DNA from: a virus
Direction: 5' to 3' (one strand)
Length of the DNA stretch: 64,000 bases
Virus record (IMG/VR): IMGVR_UViG_3300042868_006787
Coordinates: 18,054 to 82,053 of that record
Positions 20,588 through 30,647 of the stretch are shown here, piece by piece; within the stretch, counting starts at the first letter, position 1; each line of letters begins with the position of its first letter. A model generated the notes under the pieces. It did not search any database, was not told the origin of the DNA, and worked only from the letters and a program-made list of their open reading frames with translations. The translations under genes were made by a program, and so were the position numbers.

Positions 20588-21495
20588 TAAATCACTCCAG
20601 GTTTGACAATATTGGTTACATATTTGTCTAAAATTTTATCAACTATCATGTTTCCAGTACCTTCTAAAATTTTCTTATTAAATTGAATTTTATATTGATC
20701 TGTGTCGTATGAAGTAACATATCTTTTGTAGTAATCTAATTTTCCACATTTTAAATCTTCTATTAATAAAGTAGTGGCATATTTTACATCTTCGGGAACT
20801 GTTTTATATCCTGCGTCTAAAACAAAAATATAATCATATCCTCTTGGGAAGTCTACAATTCTTCCACTTCCAACAGACCCCAAATCTCCGTATGCTGGTG
20901 GTAACACAATTGAACCTTGTTCAACACGGTTATACTGTGAATCAAAATAACGTTGTATTCCTGAGTTGTCGGCTGTAATATTAAATGTGTATATGTTGTC
21001 ATCTGGAGTTTCAAAATCATAAATTAAAATATTATTTTCGTATACTTTTAAAATTTTGTTAAACCTTTTCCAAATACTAAAATAATCAGAGCCTTGACCG
21101 ACTCCTTGAATTATTTCTTTTGAATTATAAAAACCACCCTGGACAACTGTATCTATAATTGATCTAGCAATCATCTCTAACTGTGTGTATTCTGATACTT
21201 CAGATGCGGTTGATCCAAGCAGGTTTGGGTCAATGTATGGTCTTTTTATTTCTATTGTGTCCTCTATAACAATGTTTTCATCTTCGTCTAATACTTGAAA
21301 CAAAAAATTTCTATCCAATAATAAATCTGACTGGGGAAATGCATATGTAACTTTAGAGCCTGTCGTAGATGTTACATTTGAACTCTGTAACACATGATCT
21401 GCCAAATCTTCAACGTAAATTGTATAGTCACTATTTGCATCTGGAACATCCCAGGTAGTTACTTTAGGGTATGTAGGAACTCTTAATATATCCAT
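20587..21495 (-). CDS. Head-tail adaptor/connector protein
   Basis: AGYKTVPEDVKYATTLLI...VDKILDKY, an adaptor-type motif. Confidence 0.7.
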   Translation of the reverse strand: MDILRVPTYPKVTTWDVPDANSDYTIYVEDLADHVLQSSNVTSTTGSKVTYAFPQSDLLLDRNFLFQVLDEDENIVIEDTIEIKRPYIDPNLLGSTASEVSEYTQLEMIARSIIDTVVQGGFYNSKEIIQGVGQGSDYFSIWKRFNKILKVYENNILIYDFETPDDNIYTFNITADNSGIQRYFDSQYNRVEQGSIVLPPAYGDLGSVGSGRIVDFPRGYDYIFVLDAGYKTVPEDVKYATTLLIEDLKCGKLDYYKRYVTSYDTDQYKIQFNKKILEGTGNMIVDKILDKYVTNIVKPGVI

Positions 21496-21496
21496 G

Positions 21497-21787
21497 TTAT
21501 AGACCGTACTCCTTTGCTACCTCTTCTGGACTTGCAATTCTAATCCCTGGCCTTGTAAGCCATTTTTCAGCATTAATTCTTTCTACTATGTTGTAGCCTT
21601 TTAATATTTTTCCAAAACCTGAAGAGTATATGTTTTTGTTAGAATATATGGCTACGTTGTCTTTTACGGGCTTTTCTTTTTTTTCTTTGATTTCTGAGAA
21701 TGACTCTGAAGATGCAACAACAGTACCAAATACATTATCAGCAATTGGTCCAAGGGATTGTATATTTTTTTGTTTAACATCAGACAT
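21497..21787 (-). CDS. Hypothetical protein downstream of the major capsid gene
   Basis: 96-aa ORF with AGGAGG RBS and its own TGATATAAT promoter. Confidence 0.65.
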   Translation of the reverse strand: MSDVKQKNIQSLGPIADNVFGTVVASSESFSEIKEKKEKPVKDNVAIYSNKNIYSSGFGKILKGYNIVERINAEKWLTRPGIRIASPEEVAKEYGL

Positions 21788-21824
21788 AGTATCCTCCTTC
21801 TTGTATTATATCATTATAAATAGA

Positions 21825-21862
21825 AAAGGGGGACAAGAGAATTAACTCTCATCCCCCAAAAA
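21825..21862 (-). terminator. Intrinsic terminator after the major capsid gene
   Basis: GGGGGA-TGAGAG...CTCTTG-TCCCCC hairpin flanked by T/A runs. Confidence 0.75.
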
Positions 21863-21873
21863 CTGTTTACAGA

Positions 21874-23019
21874 TTAAGAATCTGAAGCAGCGTCAGCGAA
21901 CGCAATTGCATCCTGCTCTTCCCATTGAATACCAAAGCGAACAAATACTGTATATTCTACAGTGTCTTTCTTTGCCTTGTACTCACGGTTAACAGTGATA
22001 TCACGTTGGAAACCCCATACACGGTTTGCTGGGAATGTAAGATCTACATAGCCTGCAGGGTAGTAAGGAACTTCTTGAACCGCAACACCAAGAACACGAG
22101 TTGTACGTGCTCCACCGAATGTTTGGCCCATTCCATCTAGGTAGTCTTGACGATTTGCTTGAGTGCTTCCTGGTACTTGACCAGCAAAAGCCTCTGCAAC
22201 AGCATCTGCAAGAGTACCATTATTCTTAACAATACCTTGGAAAGCATCTGTACCAGCATAGAACTTTAGGTTCTGCTTGATAGCACGATACTTACGTGGC
22301 ATTGCTAGGATGATATCTTGCATAACGCCTGTTGTCCAAGCATTATCTACTACGGTCACTTCTGACTCGTGAGCATCTCCATCTGTCTTGACCTTATTAA
22401 CGAAACCATCCATAATTGAAAGGAATGATCCTGTTGATCCGTCACCATTAATGGCTAGATCTTCAATGTCATTACCAAATGCGTTTGTCATAAGACGAAC
22501 GATGTGGTCTTCTAGTTGTGCACCTTCGATGTTATCTTCTAGTGCTTCTGCTGCAACTTCCCAATCTAGACGAATCTTCTTGGTTGTAAGTTCTACCTTA
22601 CTGAATGTTGCTCCTGCGTTAGTGTAGTCACCAACTGCTTGTGAAGCAGCACGGATTACACGCTCACCAACGTTAACTTTTTCAAGTTCCATGGTGTTAG
22701 CCTTCATTGTTACACGACGACCATCTTGAGCAAGTACTGTTGCGTCCCAAACATAGTCAATAAAACGACGTGCTTGTTCTGGACGAAGAATACCGCTTCC
22801 GACATCACCTGAAGGGTTTACTGCGTTTGCGCCTGTTGTTACGCCTGCTAGTGCGACTGGAATATTTCCAAGTTCTCCACCATCACCGTAATTTCCCGGT
22901 ACGTTTGCTGCTGCGTCTGAACCTGATGCGAATGCACCCTGACCTTGGTAAAGGCCTGGAGTTGTTCCGCCCAGTTGTCCGCTTGTACCTGGCTGGTTTT
23001 TCTTAATTTCTTCCGACAT
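21874..23019 (-). CDS. Major capsid protein (HK97 fold)
   Basis: GILRPEQARRFIDYV...ALEDNIEG...FGNDIEDLAINGDG; AGGAGG RBS; follows the protease gene. Confidence 0.92.
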   Translation of the reverse strand: MSEEIKKNQPGTSGQLGGTTPGLYQGQGAFASGSDAAANVPGNYGDGGELGNIPVALAGVTTGANAVNPSGDVGSGILRPEQARRFIDYVWDATVLAQDGRRVTMKANTMELEKVNVGERVIRAASQAVGDYTNAGATFSKVELTTKKIRLDWEVAAEALEDNIEGAQLEDHIVRLMTNAFGNDIEDLAINGDGSTGSFLSIMDGFVNKVKTDGDAHESEVTVVDNAWTTGVMQDIILAMPRKYRAIKQNLKFYAGTDAFQGIVKNNGTLADAVAEAFAGQVPGSTQANRQDYLDGMGQTFGGARTTRVLGVAVQEVPYYPAGYVDLTFPANRVWGFQRDITVNREYKAKKDTVEYTVFVRFGIQWEEQDAIAFADAASDS

Positions 23020-23039
23020 TATTACACCTCCTAAGTGAT

Positions 23040-23621
23040 TTATCTAAATAGATCGGCTGTTTTGAGGAAACGTCCGCCCCATAGGGATTTCTCAACCATT
23101 TCTGGTTGTTCCTGAACAATCTCACCGAGATCGCCAGATTTTCGGAATGCTGTATCTGCTTCAACGGCATCTACACGCTTTCCAAATTCATTAAACTCAT
23201 CTCTTGTTGCAGAAACATCTTGTGCTACTGCTCCAATTGATTTTGTAATTGCATTAACCTGCTCTTGCAGAGACTTAACGGTTGCAACTAGATCGCCAAA
23301 GGCTGATGTGAGAGTATTGTTGATTTCTGTAACTGCTTCTGCAATTACTACATCAGACTTAGATACTTCTTCAGTCTTAACTTCAGAAACTACCTCTTCA
23401 GACTTAGTAACTTCTGAAACTGTTGGCTCTTCTGCCTTAGTTACTTCTGCTACCACAGCCTGCTCGGTTGTTAAAATTGTTTCTGCTACAACATCTTCTG
23501 ATTTTGTAACTTCAGCAACTTCAACTACGGCATCTTCTTGTGGAGCGACCTGAACATCTTCAACAGTAGCAATAGATTTCTCAACAATTTCTGTTGCTTC
23601 TTTTTTTGTTGTTTTTGCCAT
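23040..23621 (-). CDS. Probable nested scaffolding protein from an in-frame internal start
   Basis: AAGGAGGAAAATCCT-ATG (MAKTTKKE) in frame inside the protease gene. Confidence 0.6.
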   Translation of the reverse strand: MAKTTKKEATEIVEKSIATVEDVQVAPQEDAVVEVAEVTKSEDVVAETILTTEQAVVAEVTKAEEPTVSEVTKSEEVVSEVKTEEVSKSDVVIAEAVTEINNTLTSAFGDLVATVKSLQEQVNAITKSIGAVAQDVSATRDEFNEFGKRVDAVEADTAFRKSGDLGEIVQEQPEMVEKSLWGGRFLKTADLFR

Positions 23622-24374
23622 AGGATTTTCCTCCTTGTCTATCTTAGAAATACTTGTGCCATTAGCACTTTCAACTAAGAACTTGATCATGCTTGTTTTC
23701 TCGTTGTCTGTTTTTTCAACGAAACCTATGTTTTGCATTTGAATACCAGAGGTAGGGCTTAATTCTGATTCATTTTCTGAAACCATAACAATTCCAGATT
23801 CTTTATCCCAAAAAACATTTTCAATTGGTGTATCCATACCTTTTACAATATCTACACCATCTACTTTTTCTACAGAAACAATATTTGCAAATTGGTTTGC
23901 TGGACTATCAACTAGTGACAATTCTACTAAATCATAATCTTTAATAACTCTAATTTGTTTTTGTACTTGATCGTCATATGCTTCGTCCCATTTATTCATT
24001 TTTCCACCTATTGAAAATCCTGTGTATGTTCCATCTAAAACTTTTTCCCATGCATTTTGTGCACCCTTTGAAATATATGCAGAAACTAAAACTCCGTTGT
24101 ACATTTTTTCTGATTTTGTATCATAATATTTATCTTCTTTAAACGAAACCATTTTTCCAACAGCAGATGGCTGATGCATTTCACGAATGTTTCCACGAAA
24201 TTTTTTAAATGCTTTTAAACTTGCTTCTGTTGTAACAATGTCATCTTGTTTGTCAACGTTATCTAATGTGGCAAAGCCTGAAACTGTGCGTCTTTCTTTA
24301 TCTACCTTACTAAAAGGCATTGAAAGTCGAAGTTGCTCGCCCTCAGTGTTCCATTGGGCCTTAGTTATAATCAT
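23040..24374 (-). CDS. Prohead maturation protease fused to a C-terminal scaffolding domain
   Basis: VSGFAT...VDKQDD...IREMH...GFSIGG...LVELSLVDSPAN (HK97-type protease); acidic coiled-coil C-terminus. Confidence 0.9.
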   Translation of the reverse strand: MIITKAQWNTEGEQLRLSMPFSKVDKERRTVSGFATLDNVDKQDDIVTTEASLKAFKKFRGNIREMHQPSAVGKMVSFKEDKYYDTKSEKMYNGVLVSAYISKGAQNAWEKVLDGTYTGFSIGGKMNKWDEAYDDQVQKQIRVIKDYDLVELSLVDSPANQFANIVSVEKVDGVDIVKGMDTPIENVFWDKESGIVMVSENESELSPTSGIQMQNIGFVEKTDNEKTSMIKFLVESANGTSISKIDKEENPMAKTTKKEATEIVEKSIATVEDVQVAPQEDAVVEVAEVTKSEDVVAETILTTEQAVVAEVTKAEEPTVSEVTKSEEVVSEVKTEEVSKSDVVIAEAVTEINNTLTSAFGDLVATVKSLQEQVNAITKSIGAVAQDVSATRDEFNEFGKRVDAVEADTAFRKSGDLGEIVQEQPEMVEKSLWGGRFLKTADLFR

Positions 24375-24415
24375 CTTACTGTATAGTATAAGGCACTTTT
24401 TTTACAATATCTCAA

Positions 24416-26005
24416 TTATTGAGACGCTCTGCCAGAACCCTTTGGATTTCTACCAGAAACTGTTGCTGCCCCGTCAGATTGAGTATTTGTTCTTTCAGAA
24501 TCTCTTTGTCGATTTGCAGTGTCATTTGCTGCGTCTTGTGGTTTTAATTGAAATGGTTCATCTCCATGTGGCGCTTGAGGGAGTCCAAGTTGCTGTCTTG
24601 CTTCGTTTGGAAGCATAACTTGAGTCTTTACGTATCTTTCAAGAATTTGAGATTGAGCAATTTCATCTGTAAGTGTTAGTTCGTTAAATTTAAATTCTAA
24701 AATATCAGTTTTTTCACGAATAACTTTATTAATCATTTTTTCTATTTGGCGCTGTGCTGGTCTTGCAACTTGCTCTTTAAATGTACGATCTTGGGATAGG
24801 GCTGCTGCAATTGCAGAAGAATCAGATCCCCCTAATTTTGATAATGGAACTTGATGAGCAATCAAAATATCATCACGATTTTGTTTTCTGTATTCTTTAA
24901 AAGAACCATCTTGAATACCATTTTCAATTGGCTCCATTTTAAACTCAACCTTATTGTTATCGCTATCTCCGGGAAGAGGAATATAAAGAGTTCTATGAGA
25001 TTGTCCTTTTAAATTTGTCTGCAAAAATCTAAACATCTTATCTTCAGCATCTGAAGAAAGTTTTGCTCCTTTTAATGTAACAACATATCTTGGAACAGCC
25101 TTGTTAGAAAAATAATCTATATTGTATTGAGATGCCAACTGATCTCCATGTAATGAAGAAATGGCAGAAATAATATCTGGCACTCCATAAAATGTGTTTA
25201 ATGGAGAGTATTGTTTTAAATGAATAATTTCATTTGGACGATTGTCTAGTGTGACTGGATTAGGATTTTTAGCCCCAAAATTTCTAAAATAAACTACCTT
25301 GTTTGCAATAATTTGAACAAAACCATCACGCATGCGACGCACACGCATTGTTGTTGCAGGAATATGTCCAACATACCCAATTTCTCCTCTTGTAGTTCTT
25401 CCAATTTCTAGGTAACCATTTCCTGTTGCTTGCACGTCTGTATAAACTTTTTCCATAGTTGTTGTAAATGAATCATCTGTATTTAAACTTTCTAGCCAGT
25501 CTGTAAGTTCAATTTTTGATCTTTCAATTCTTTTACGAGCACGGTCGGTTGATGCAGTATCCATAGATGCTTCTAGTTTTAACATTGTTCTGGGAGAAAT
25601 TTCAAATTTGTAACCAAGTCCAACAATATTCTCTACTTTTGCATCGATTGCTGCATGGTTAGCAAAAGATGTATCGTAATAATTTGCCAATTCATAAACG
25701 TTCCATGGTGGGGTAATAACATCAAATAAACCATAAGCATTTCTATACAAAACTCCTGGATTAATTTCTTTAGATTTTGCGTCATCACGTCCTGAACTAA
25801 TTGCAAGAGCACTATTCATGTATGCTGGACTTGCTTCTACTTTGGACATTCTTGCAGCACGTCTTTTAAAATTATTATCTAAACCAGTTAAATTTTTTAA
25901 TTCATCCCAAGTTTTATTAAAAGGATCGCTTTTTTTAAATTGATCATTTATATCAACTAACTCATCAATGCTTGCACCAATATTGTATTGCGTTTCTTCA
26001 CTCAT
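24416..26005 (-). CDS. Portal protein
   Basis: ATGNGYLEI...EIIHLK...YGVPDI...YFSNKAVP...IAHQVP...LPNEAR, portal motifs. Confidence 0.92.
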   Translation of the reverse strand: MSEETQYNIGASIDELVDINDQFKKSDPFNKTWDELKNLTGLDNNFKRRAARMSKVEASPAYMNSALAISSGRDDAKSKEINPGVLYRNAYGLFDVITPPWNVYELANYYDTSFANHAAIDAKVENIVGLGYKFEISPRTMLKLEASMDTASTDRARKRIERSKIELTDWLESLNTDDSFTTTMEKVYTDVQATGNGYLEIGRTTRGEIGYVGHIPATTMRVRRMRDGFVQIIANKVVYFRNFGAKNPNPVTLDNRPNEIIHLKQYSPLNTFYGVPDIISAISSLHGDQLASQYNIDYFSNKAVPRYVVTLKGAKLSSDAEDKMFRFLQTNLKGQSHRTLYIPLPGDSDNNKVEFKMEPIENGIQDGSFKEYRKQNRDDILIAHQVPLSKLGGSDSSAIAAALSQDRTFKEQVARPAQRQIEKMINKVIREKTDILEFKFNELTLTDEIAQSQILERYVKTQVMLPNEARQQLGLPQAPHGDEPFQLKPQDAANDTANRQRDSERTNTQSDGAATVSGRNPKGSGRASQ

Positions 26006-26409
26006 TAGTCGTCTGATCCCCATTTCTTTACTGTTTGCTGCGCTGCGTGCACTGCTCCTAAATCGTTCATATTTGGTATTAGCCCTTGAGACATTCTGTC
26101 TTTTTGTTCTGAATATTCTTCTTCTGAAATTCTATTTAAACCTGGAACAAAAATGCACTCACCGTCTCCTGGGTCTCCATAGTGTTTTGCGGCATTTTTT
26201 AATTCTGATATTTTTGATATGTCCCCTTTCATAGCGGGAATATTTAAAACAGATCCAGTTCCATCGGTAAACCATTTTCCATTTGATTTCTTATAAACAT
26301 AAAGGCCCCAATCATAGTATTTATCAATTACTTTTATACGAGACTCTCCAACTTGGCCCTTCATTTTAGGCAAGGCTTTACTCTTTTTAGGCTTATTATT
26401 TAAATTCAT
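26005..26409 (-). CDS. Hypothetical protein upstream of portal
   Basis: ORF with TGGTATACT 7 nt before ATG at 26409. Confidence 0.65.
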   Translation of the reverse strand: MNLNNKPKKSKALPKMKGQVGESRIKVIDKYYDWGLYVYKKSNGKWFTDGTGSVLNIPAMKGDISKISELKNAAKHYGDPGDGECIFVPGLNRISEEEYSEQKDRMSQGLIPNMNDLGAVHAAQQTVKKWGSDD

Positions 26410-26427
26410 AACCATCAGTATACCATA

Positions 26428-29400
26428 TTAGACTGGTGTTACGGTTTGTGTTTGCCAAGACATTTCAGAATATATTTTAACAGAATCTGCAATAAAATTC
26501 AAACTTTCAGAAGTATTGCTATCGATGACAAATTTATTTCTGCCAATATATGCTTCATATACGCTTGCTGGGTTTACTCCATATAATTCTGAAGAGGACA
26601 AAACCAACACCCCGTCCCAATTATAAGATGTATACCAATATGTCCAATATAAGTCTGAGGACCCACTATTTTTTACTCTAAGCCACGGCCTGTAGACTTT
26701 GCTCTGAATCTCTTGCAAAGCAGTAGATTGATAACTGGCAATGTTATTAAATACAAAGGGCCCATTTAAATTTATATGCCCCAAAAAGTTATCCATATTA
26801 ATGCTACTTGCAAAAGAAACACCAATAACAGACCACTCTTTTGCTTCTAAAATTGGATCTTTTACTAAGTTTCCATTAATATAAAATGCAAGCCCATTTA
26901 CTTGTTGCCCAGTTGCCTTATTGACTGCAAACAATTTTCCTCTATTTCCCCTTTGACTGGAGGCAGAAACAAAAAATTGAATTATGTCATTTTTATGTTC
27001 TAACTCAAAAACTTGCGTTGCACCATAAGGAAACTTATCAAAATCATATCTTAGCCACATTTGTAAGGCAGTTACTCGATAATTATTTGAAAGGCTGCTA
27101 TTTATTGGAATTCCAATACCTCTATTTACGTATGGGTGAAACGATCCTCTTACCTCTATTCCACTTTTTCTTGTTGAGTATAAGTACGGAACACTTTCTT
27201 TAAAAATACTAATTGGGTTTTTTGCTTTATAGTCATAATAAATTCCAGATTTTTTGTATGGGTATATTGGAGTTCCAAACCTTGTTCCAATTTTAGTTGC
27301 ACTGTTATGGTCAAATGCTTGTGATGCAATTTCTAATTTTTTTAAACCTAGATTTTTGTTTTGAGTTCCTTTTAAATTAAAAACTAAATGAACAACAACC
27401 GCTAATAAATTAAAATCTACACCTGTTGGCGGATAAATAATTGTGTTATCTGCAACCTCAAAAACTGTATTTTGCCAATTTGAATAATTAGATATATCTA
27501 ATATTTTATCATTTCTTAATGCTTGGACAATAGAAAACTCATTTAAGTTCTTATTAGCCCCTGCCGTAATATATTGAATACTTATATAACTTTTGACTGC
27601 AGAGTTGTCTGTATTATAAAAATATGATTTAATAGACTGTTGCTCAATGTCCTCATAGTTTTCCCAGCCAGAAAAAAGAGCATTATCTAATTGGTTGTAA
27701 GATTGTTGAACAGTATGATCATATCTGAGTTCTAAATCATTATAATCCCATGGCGCTTGTTGCTCTGTAGAATAAATAACTGTAGGGGATGGATAATCAA
27801 TATTGAACTGTAACAAATCAAGATCGTAATGGTTTTTTCCTTCTAGGTCATCAATATAAGAACCAAAATATGATAAAGGTATGTAGTCTTCCCAATACCC
27901 AGCAGATGCTGTGTCTAAATAAAATTTGTTGTATCTTAATTCAGGAATTAAAGTATACGTAGATGTGTGGGCCATAAAACTATTTCCGGCTTCTACATCT
28001 GCTAAGCCGTTTATTTCAAATAGGCTAGAAACCAAACTTGAGTTATAATTGCTAAAAATATGAAATTTATAAAATTTGCCTTTAAAATTTTCAAGACCAC
28101 TATGATTTGCCCCCAAATAAACTCTTAACCTATTTTTACTTCCAAAAAATGTTGATAGGTTAGAGCCAAAATATTCAATCATTTTTGCTAACTTAAAACC
28201 TATTGGTAAATATGCATTTGGCAATACCGAAGCACTTTCATTTAGCACTATAACGTTATTGTTATATGAAAAATAATATTTTATTACGTCATCTTCGAGT
28301 GTTGCTTTAAAATAATTTCCATTGTCAATATTGTAGATTTCAAAAATTGTTTGTATATCTTCCGATGCCTCTTCAAACTTTATGACTCCGACAAGGCCAT
28401 GAATGTCTTCTTTTATGATAGAAAAATTATCAAAATATGCATATGTTTTTTTATTATTCCAGTCTTCATTTGGCCTAAATGTAAAATAATTAACGGACTC
28501 GTTTTGAACTAAAGAGTTGTCATTTAAAAATTTTTCATTTGTATAATCATCTAAAAACATTGTTGGCAGATTGTATTTTGCAAGAGACATAGTTTTTGCT
28601 GTAATAGAAAGATTGTCGGTTGTTGCCTGTGACCACTTTCCTATATCTGGATATGTATAGTTTGCCGCATATTCTGCAAACGGATAATCAATATATGCTG
28701 ACGTTGCTCCATATGCCGAATTGATACTTTCGGGAGAGGTTACTGCTTGACCATAAACCCATCTTTTTTTTGCCACAAGGTCTGCAACTAGGTACGAATA
28801 AATAGCAATACAATCTATCTCATAGGGATAAACATTTTCATAAGAATAAAAGCCTAGCCAGTCTAATTCTTTGTTAGACTCATTAAACTCTAATGGCAAA
28901 TCTATATTTGACATATCAATATTTAAAGCAATAACTTGTTCTCCATTTATTAATAATGAAGCATTATTTGAAGAAAGTTTTATTTGAACAAGCATTGGCC
29001 TGTACCATTCTCCAACATAGTGAGATGCAAAATGTTTTCCAATGACAAGAGTTATAAAGCCATCTTCTACATATAAGCCATCTGTTGACCCAATTGGTCC
29101 AAAAATTCTTAATGCGGTATTTGAGTCAGGGCTAATTTTTATCCACATCTCTATTGTGTATTCTTTATATCTTCCAGTTTCATTTAGAAAGCCAAAACCT
29201 GGAATAATTAGTGATGGATTATTTTCATTTGGAATAATTTTTGTAATACTGTCAGATCCATAGACCATCGGAATGCTTGAGTTTTTTGCAGTTAAACTAT
29301 TATTATTTACTAAATAATATCCATTTTTTATACCTAAAGCATAAGAATTTAAGTCTACAACGCCATCTATCCCAGTTAATCCAATGTTGGATGGAAATGG

Positions 29401-30018
29401 AGAAACTGTCTGTCCTAAAGAAGTTGTATTAAAATTTTCAGAACATTGTGCAACAGTTATTCCATTAGTAAAAATTTGATAACTATCTGTAGAAGCAGCC
29501 CCTCCCTCAAATTTTATTTTTAATATTGGTCTAAAGGATGTAACTTGATCTGGAAATATTGAGGTGTGAGAAATAAAAATCCATTTTCCAAAAATACCAG
29601 AAGAGTACTGAGTAACCTTTTCAATAGTTTCAGCAGAAGAAGTATCATTATATTCAAACCCAATTGATACTGATTTCAAGTATGGGCTATCTGTATAGAT
29701 ATAACATCCTGTAGTTAGAGTTTCTAAATCAAAGTTTAGTTCATTTAAGTTTTCTAAATCATCCCCGACAAATTTAATTTCTTTTTCTGTGCCAACAAAA
29801 TCGTCAAATTCAACTAAGTTCAGTATGCTGTTTGCAAAAGGCTTGTTTAAATCTTGGCTACTAGATATGACATTCGCACCAACAAAGTCCCAGTTTATTA
29901 AATTTCTTTGTGTATTGGAAATTAAAGATAGATAATCGACGTCATCGTCTAATGACCAAAGACCTATGGGGTGCTCTGCAAAAATTTTTTCTGCATATAA
30001 ATTAGATTTAATAGACAT
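26428..30018 (-). CDS. Large virion-associated protein with concanavalin A/LamG-like domains
   Basis: 1196 aa; HPIGLWSLDD N-terminus; YTIEMWIK...LLINGEQV LamG-like pattern. Confidence 0.6.
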   Translation of the reverse strand: MSIKSNLYAEKIFAEHPIGLWSLDDDVDYLSLISNTQRNLINWDFVGANVISSSQDLNKPFANSILNLVEFDDFVGTEKEIKFVGDDLENLNELNFDLETLTTGCYIYTDSPYLKSVSIGFEYNDTSSAETIEKVTQYSSGIFGKWIFISHTSIFPDQVTSFRPILKIKFEGGAASTDSYQIFTNGITVAQCSENFNTTSLGQTVSPFPSNIGLTGIDGVVDLNSYALGIKNGYYLVNNNSLTAKNSSIPMVYGSDSITKIIPNENNPSLIIPGFGFLNETGRYKEYTIEMWIKISPDSNTALRIFGPIGSTDGLYVEDGFITLVIGKHFASHYVGEWYRPMLVQIKLSSNNASLLINGEQVIALNIDMSNIDLPLEFNESNKELDWLGFYSYENVYPYEIDCIAIYSYLVADLVAKKRWVYGQAVTSPESINSAYGATSAYIDYPFAEYAANYTYPDIGKWSQATTDNLSITAKTMSLAKYNLPTMFLDDYTNEKFLNDNSLVQNESVNYFTFRPNEDWNNKKTYAYFDNFSIIKEDIHGLVGVIKFEEASEDIQTIFEIYNIDNGNYFKATLEDDVIKYYFSYNNNVIVLNESASVLPNAYLPIGFKLAKMIEYFGSNLSTFFGSKNRLRVYLGANHSGLENFKGKFYKFHIFSNYNSSLVSSLFEINGLADVEAGNSFMAHTSTYTLIPELRYNKFYLDTASAGYWEDYIPLSYFGSYIDDLEGKNHYDLDLLQFNIDYPSPTVIYSTEQQAPWDYNDLELRYDHTVQQSYNQLDNALFSGWENYEDIEQQSIKSYFYNTDNSAVKSYISIQYITAGANKNLNEFSIVQALRNDKILDISNYSNWQNTVFEVADNTIIYPPTGVDFNLLAVVVHLVFNLKGTQNKNLGLKKLEIASQAFDHNSATKIGTRFGTPIYPYKKSGIYYDYKAKNPISIFKESVPYLYSTRKSGIEVRGSFHPYVNRGIGIPINSSLSNNYRVTALQMWLRYDFDKFPYGATQVFELEHKNDIIQFFVSASSQRGNRGKLFAVNKATGQQVNGLAFYINGNLVKDPILEAKEWSVIGVSFASSINMDNFLGHINLNGPFVFNNIASYQSTALQEIQSKVYRPWLRVKNSGSSDLYWTYWYTSYNWDGVLVLSSSELYGVNPASVYEAYIGRNKFVIDSNTSESLNFIADSVKIYSEMSWQTQTVTPV

Positions 30019-30038
30019 TGTTAGTCTATTTTATCATA

Positions 30039-30638
30039 TTAACGGTTTTCCCAAAGAGGATTTCCCCAATAGATGTCCTCATACTTTAAACCTGGATAGG
30101 GAGACTGTCCAGTTGGAGCATTCCAAAAATCAGATATAAACATTGGTTTTTTTTCAACAGTAGTAATCTCTCTTGAAAATTCCTCAGTTTCTGGGAAAAT
30201 TATACAATCTCCAGCAATCAAATTTTTTGCAATTTTATAGTTATTAAATTTAAAGATTCCTCCATCATGGCAATCATTCCACTTTATAATTGACCTAAAC
30301 ACATTTTCAGGCCTATCTGCTGAATGACCTGCTGAAATATTTTTTCCTGGGGCATATCTCATAATATAACTCTTTCCTAAAATAGGTGGGTCATATTTAA
30401 TTCCAGACATTTGAGAAACGGCTTCCTGTATTGCATTACAATATTTTTCAAAGATAGAAACAACCTCTCTTGGCATATCTCCATAAGTGGTTATGTCAAA
30501 GTTTATTCCTTCTTGGCTAAATAGAGGGTCATGTAATGGGATATGATCTTCTTTAGTATTAAATTTAACTGAATCAACAAATTTGCCAATTAGTTCTAAG
30601 TTTTCTGCTGTTGCTACATTTATTATTTGATAATTCAT
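30039..30638 (-). CDS. Putative 2OG-Fe(II) oxygenase (prolyl hydroxylase-like, possibly degenerate)
   Basis: IMRYAPG...HSAD...WND.HDGGIFKF...GDCIIFP; distal His not evident. Confidence 0.55.
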   Translation of the reverse strand: MNYQIINVATAENLELIGKFVDSVKFNTKEDHIPLHDPLFSQEGINFDITTYGDMPREVVSIFEKYCNAIQEAVSQMSGIKYDPPILGKSYIMRYAPGKNISAGHSADRPENVFRSIIKWNDCHDGGIFKFNNYKIAKNLIAGDCIIFPETEEFSREITTVEKKPMFISDFWNAPTGQSPYPGLKYEDIYWGNPLWENR

Positions 30639-30647
30639 TTTATCTCC

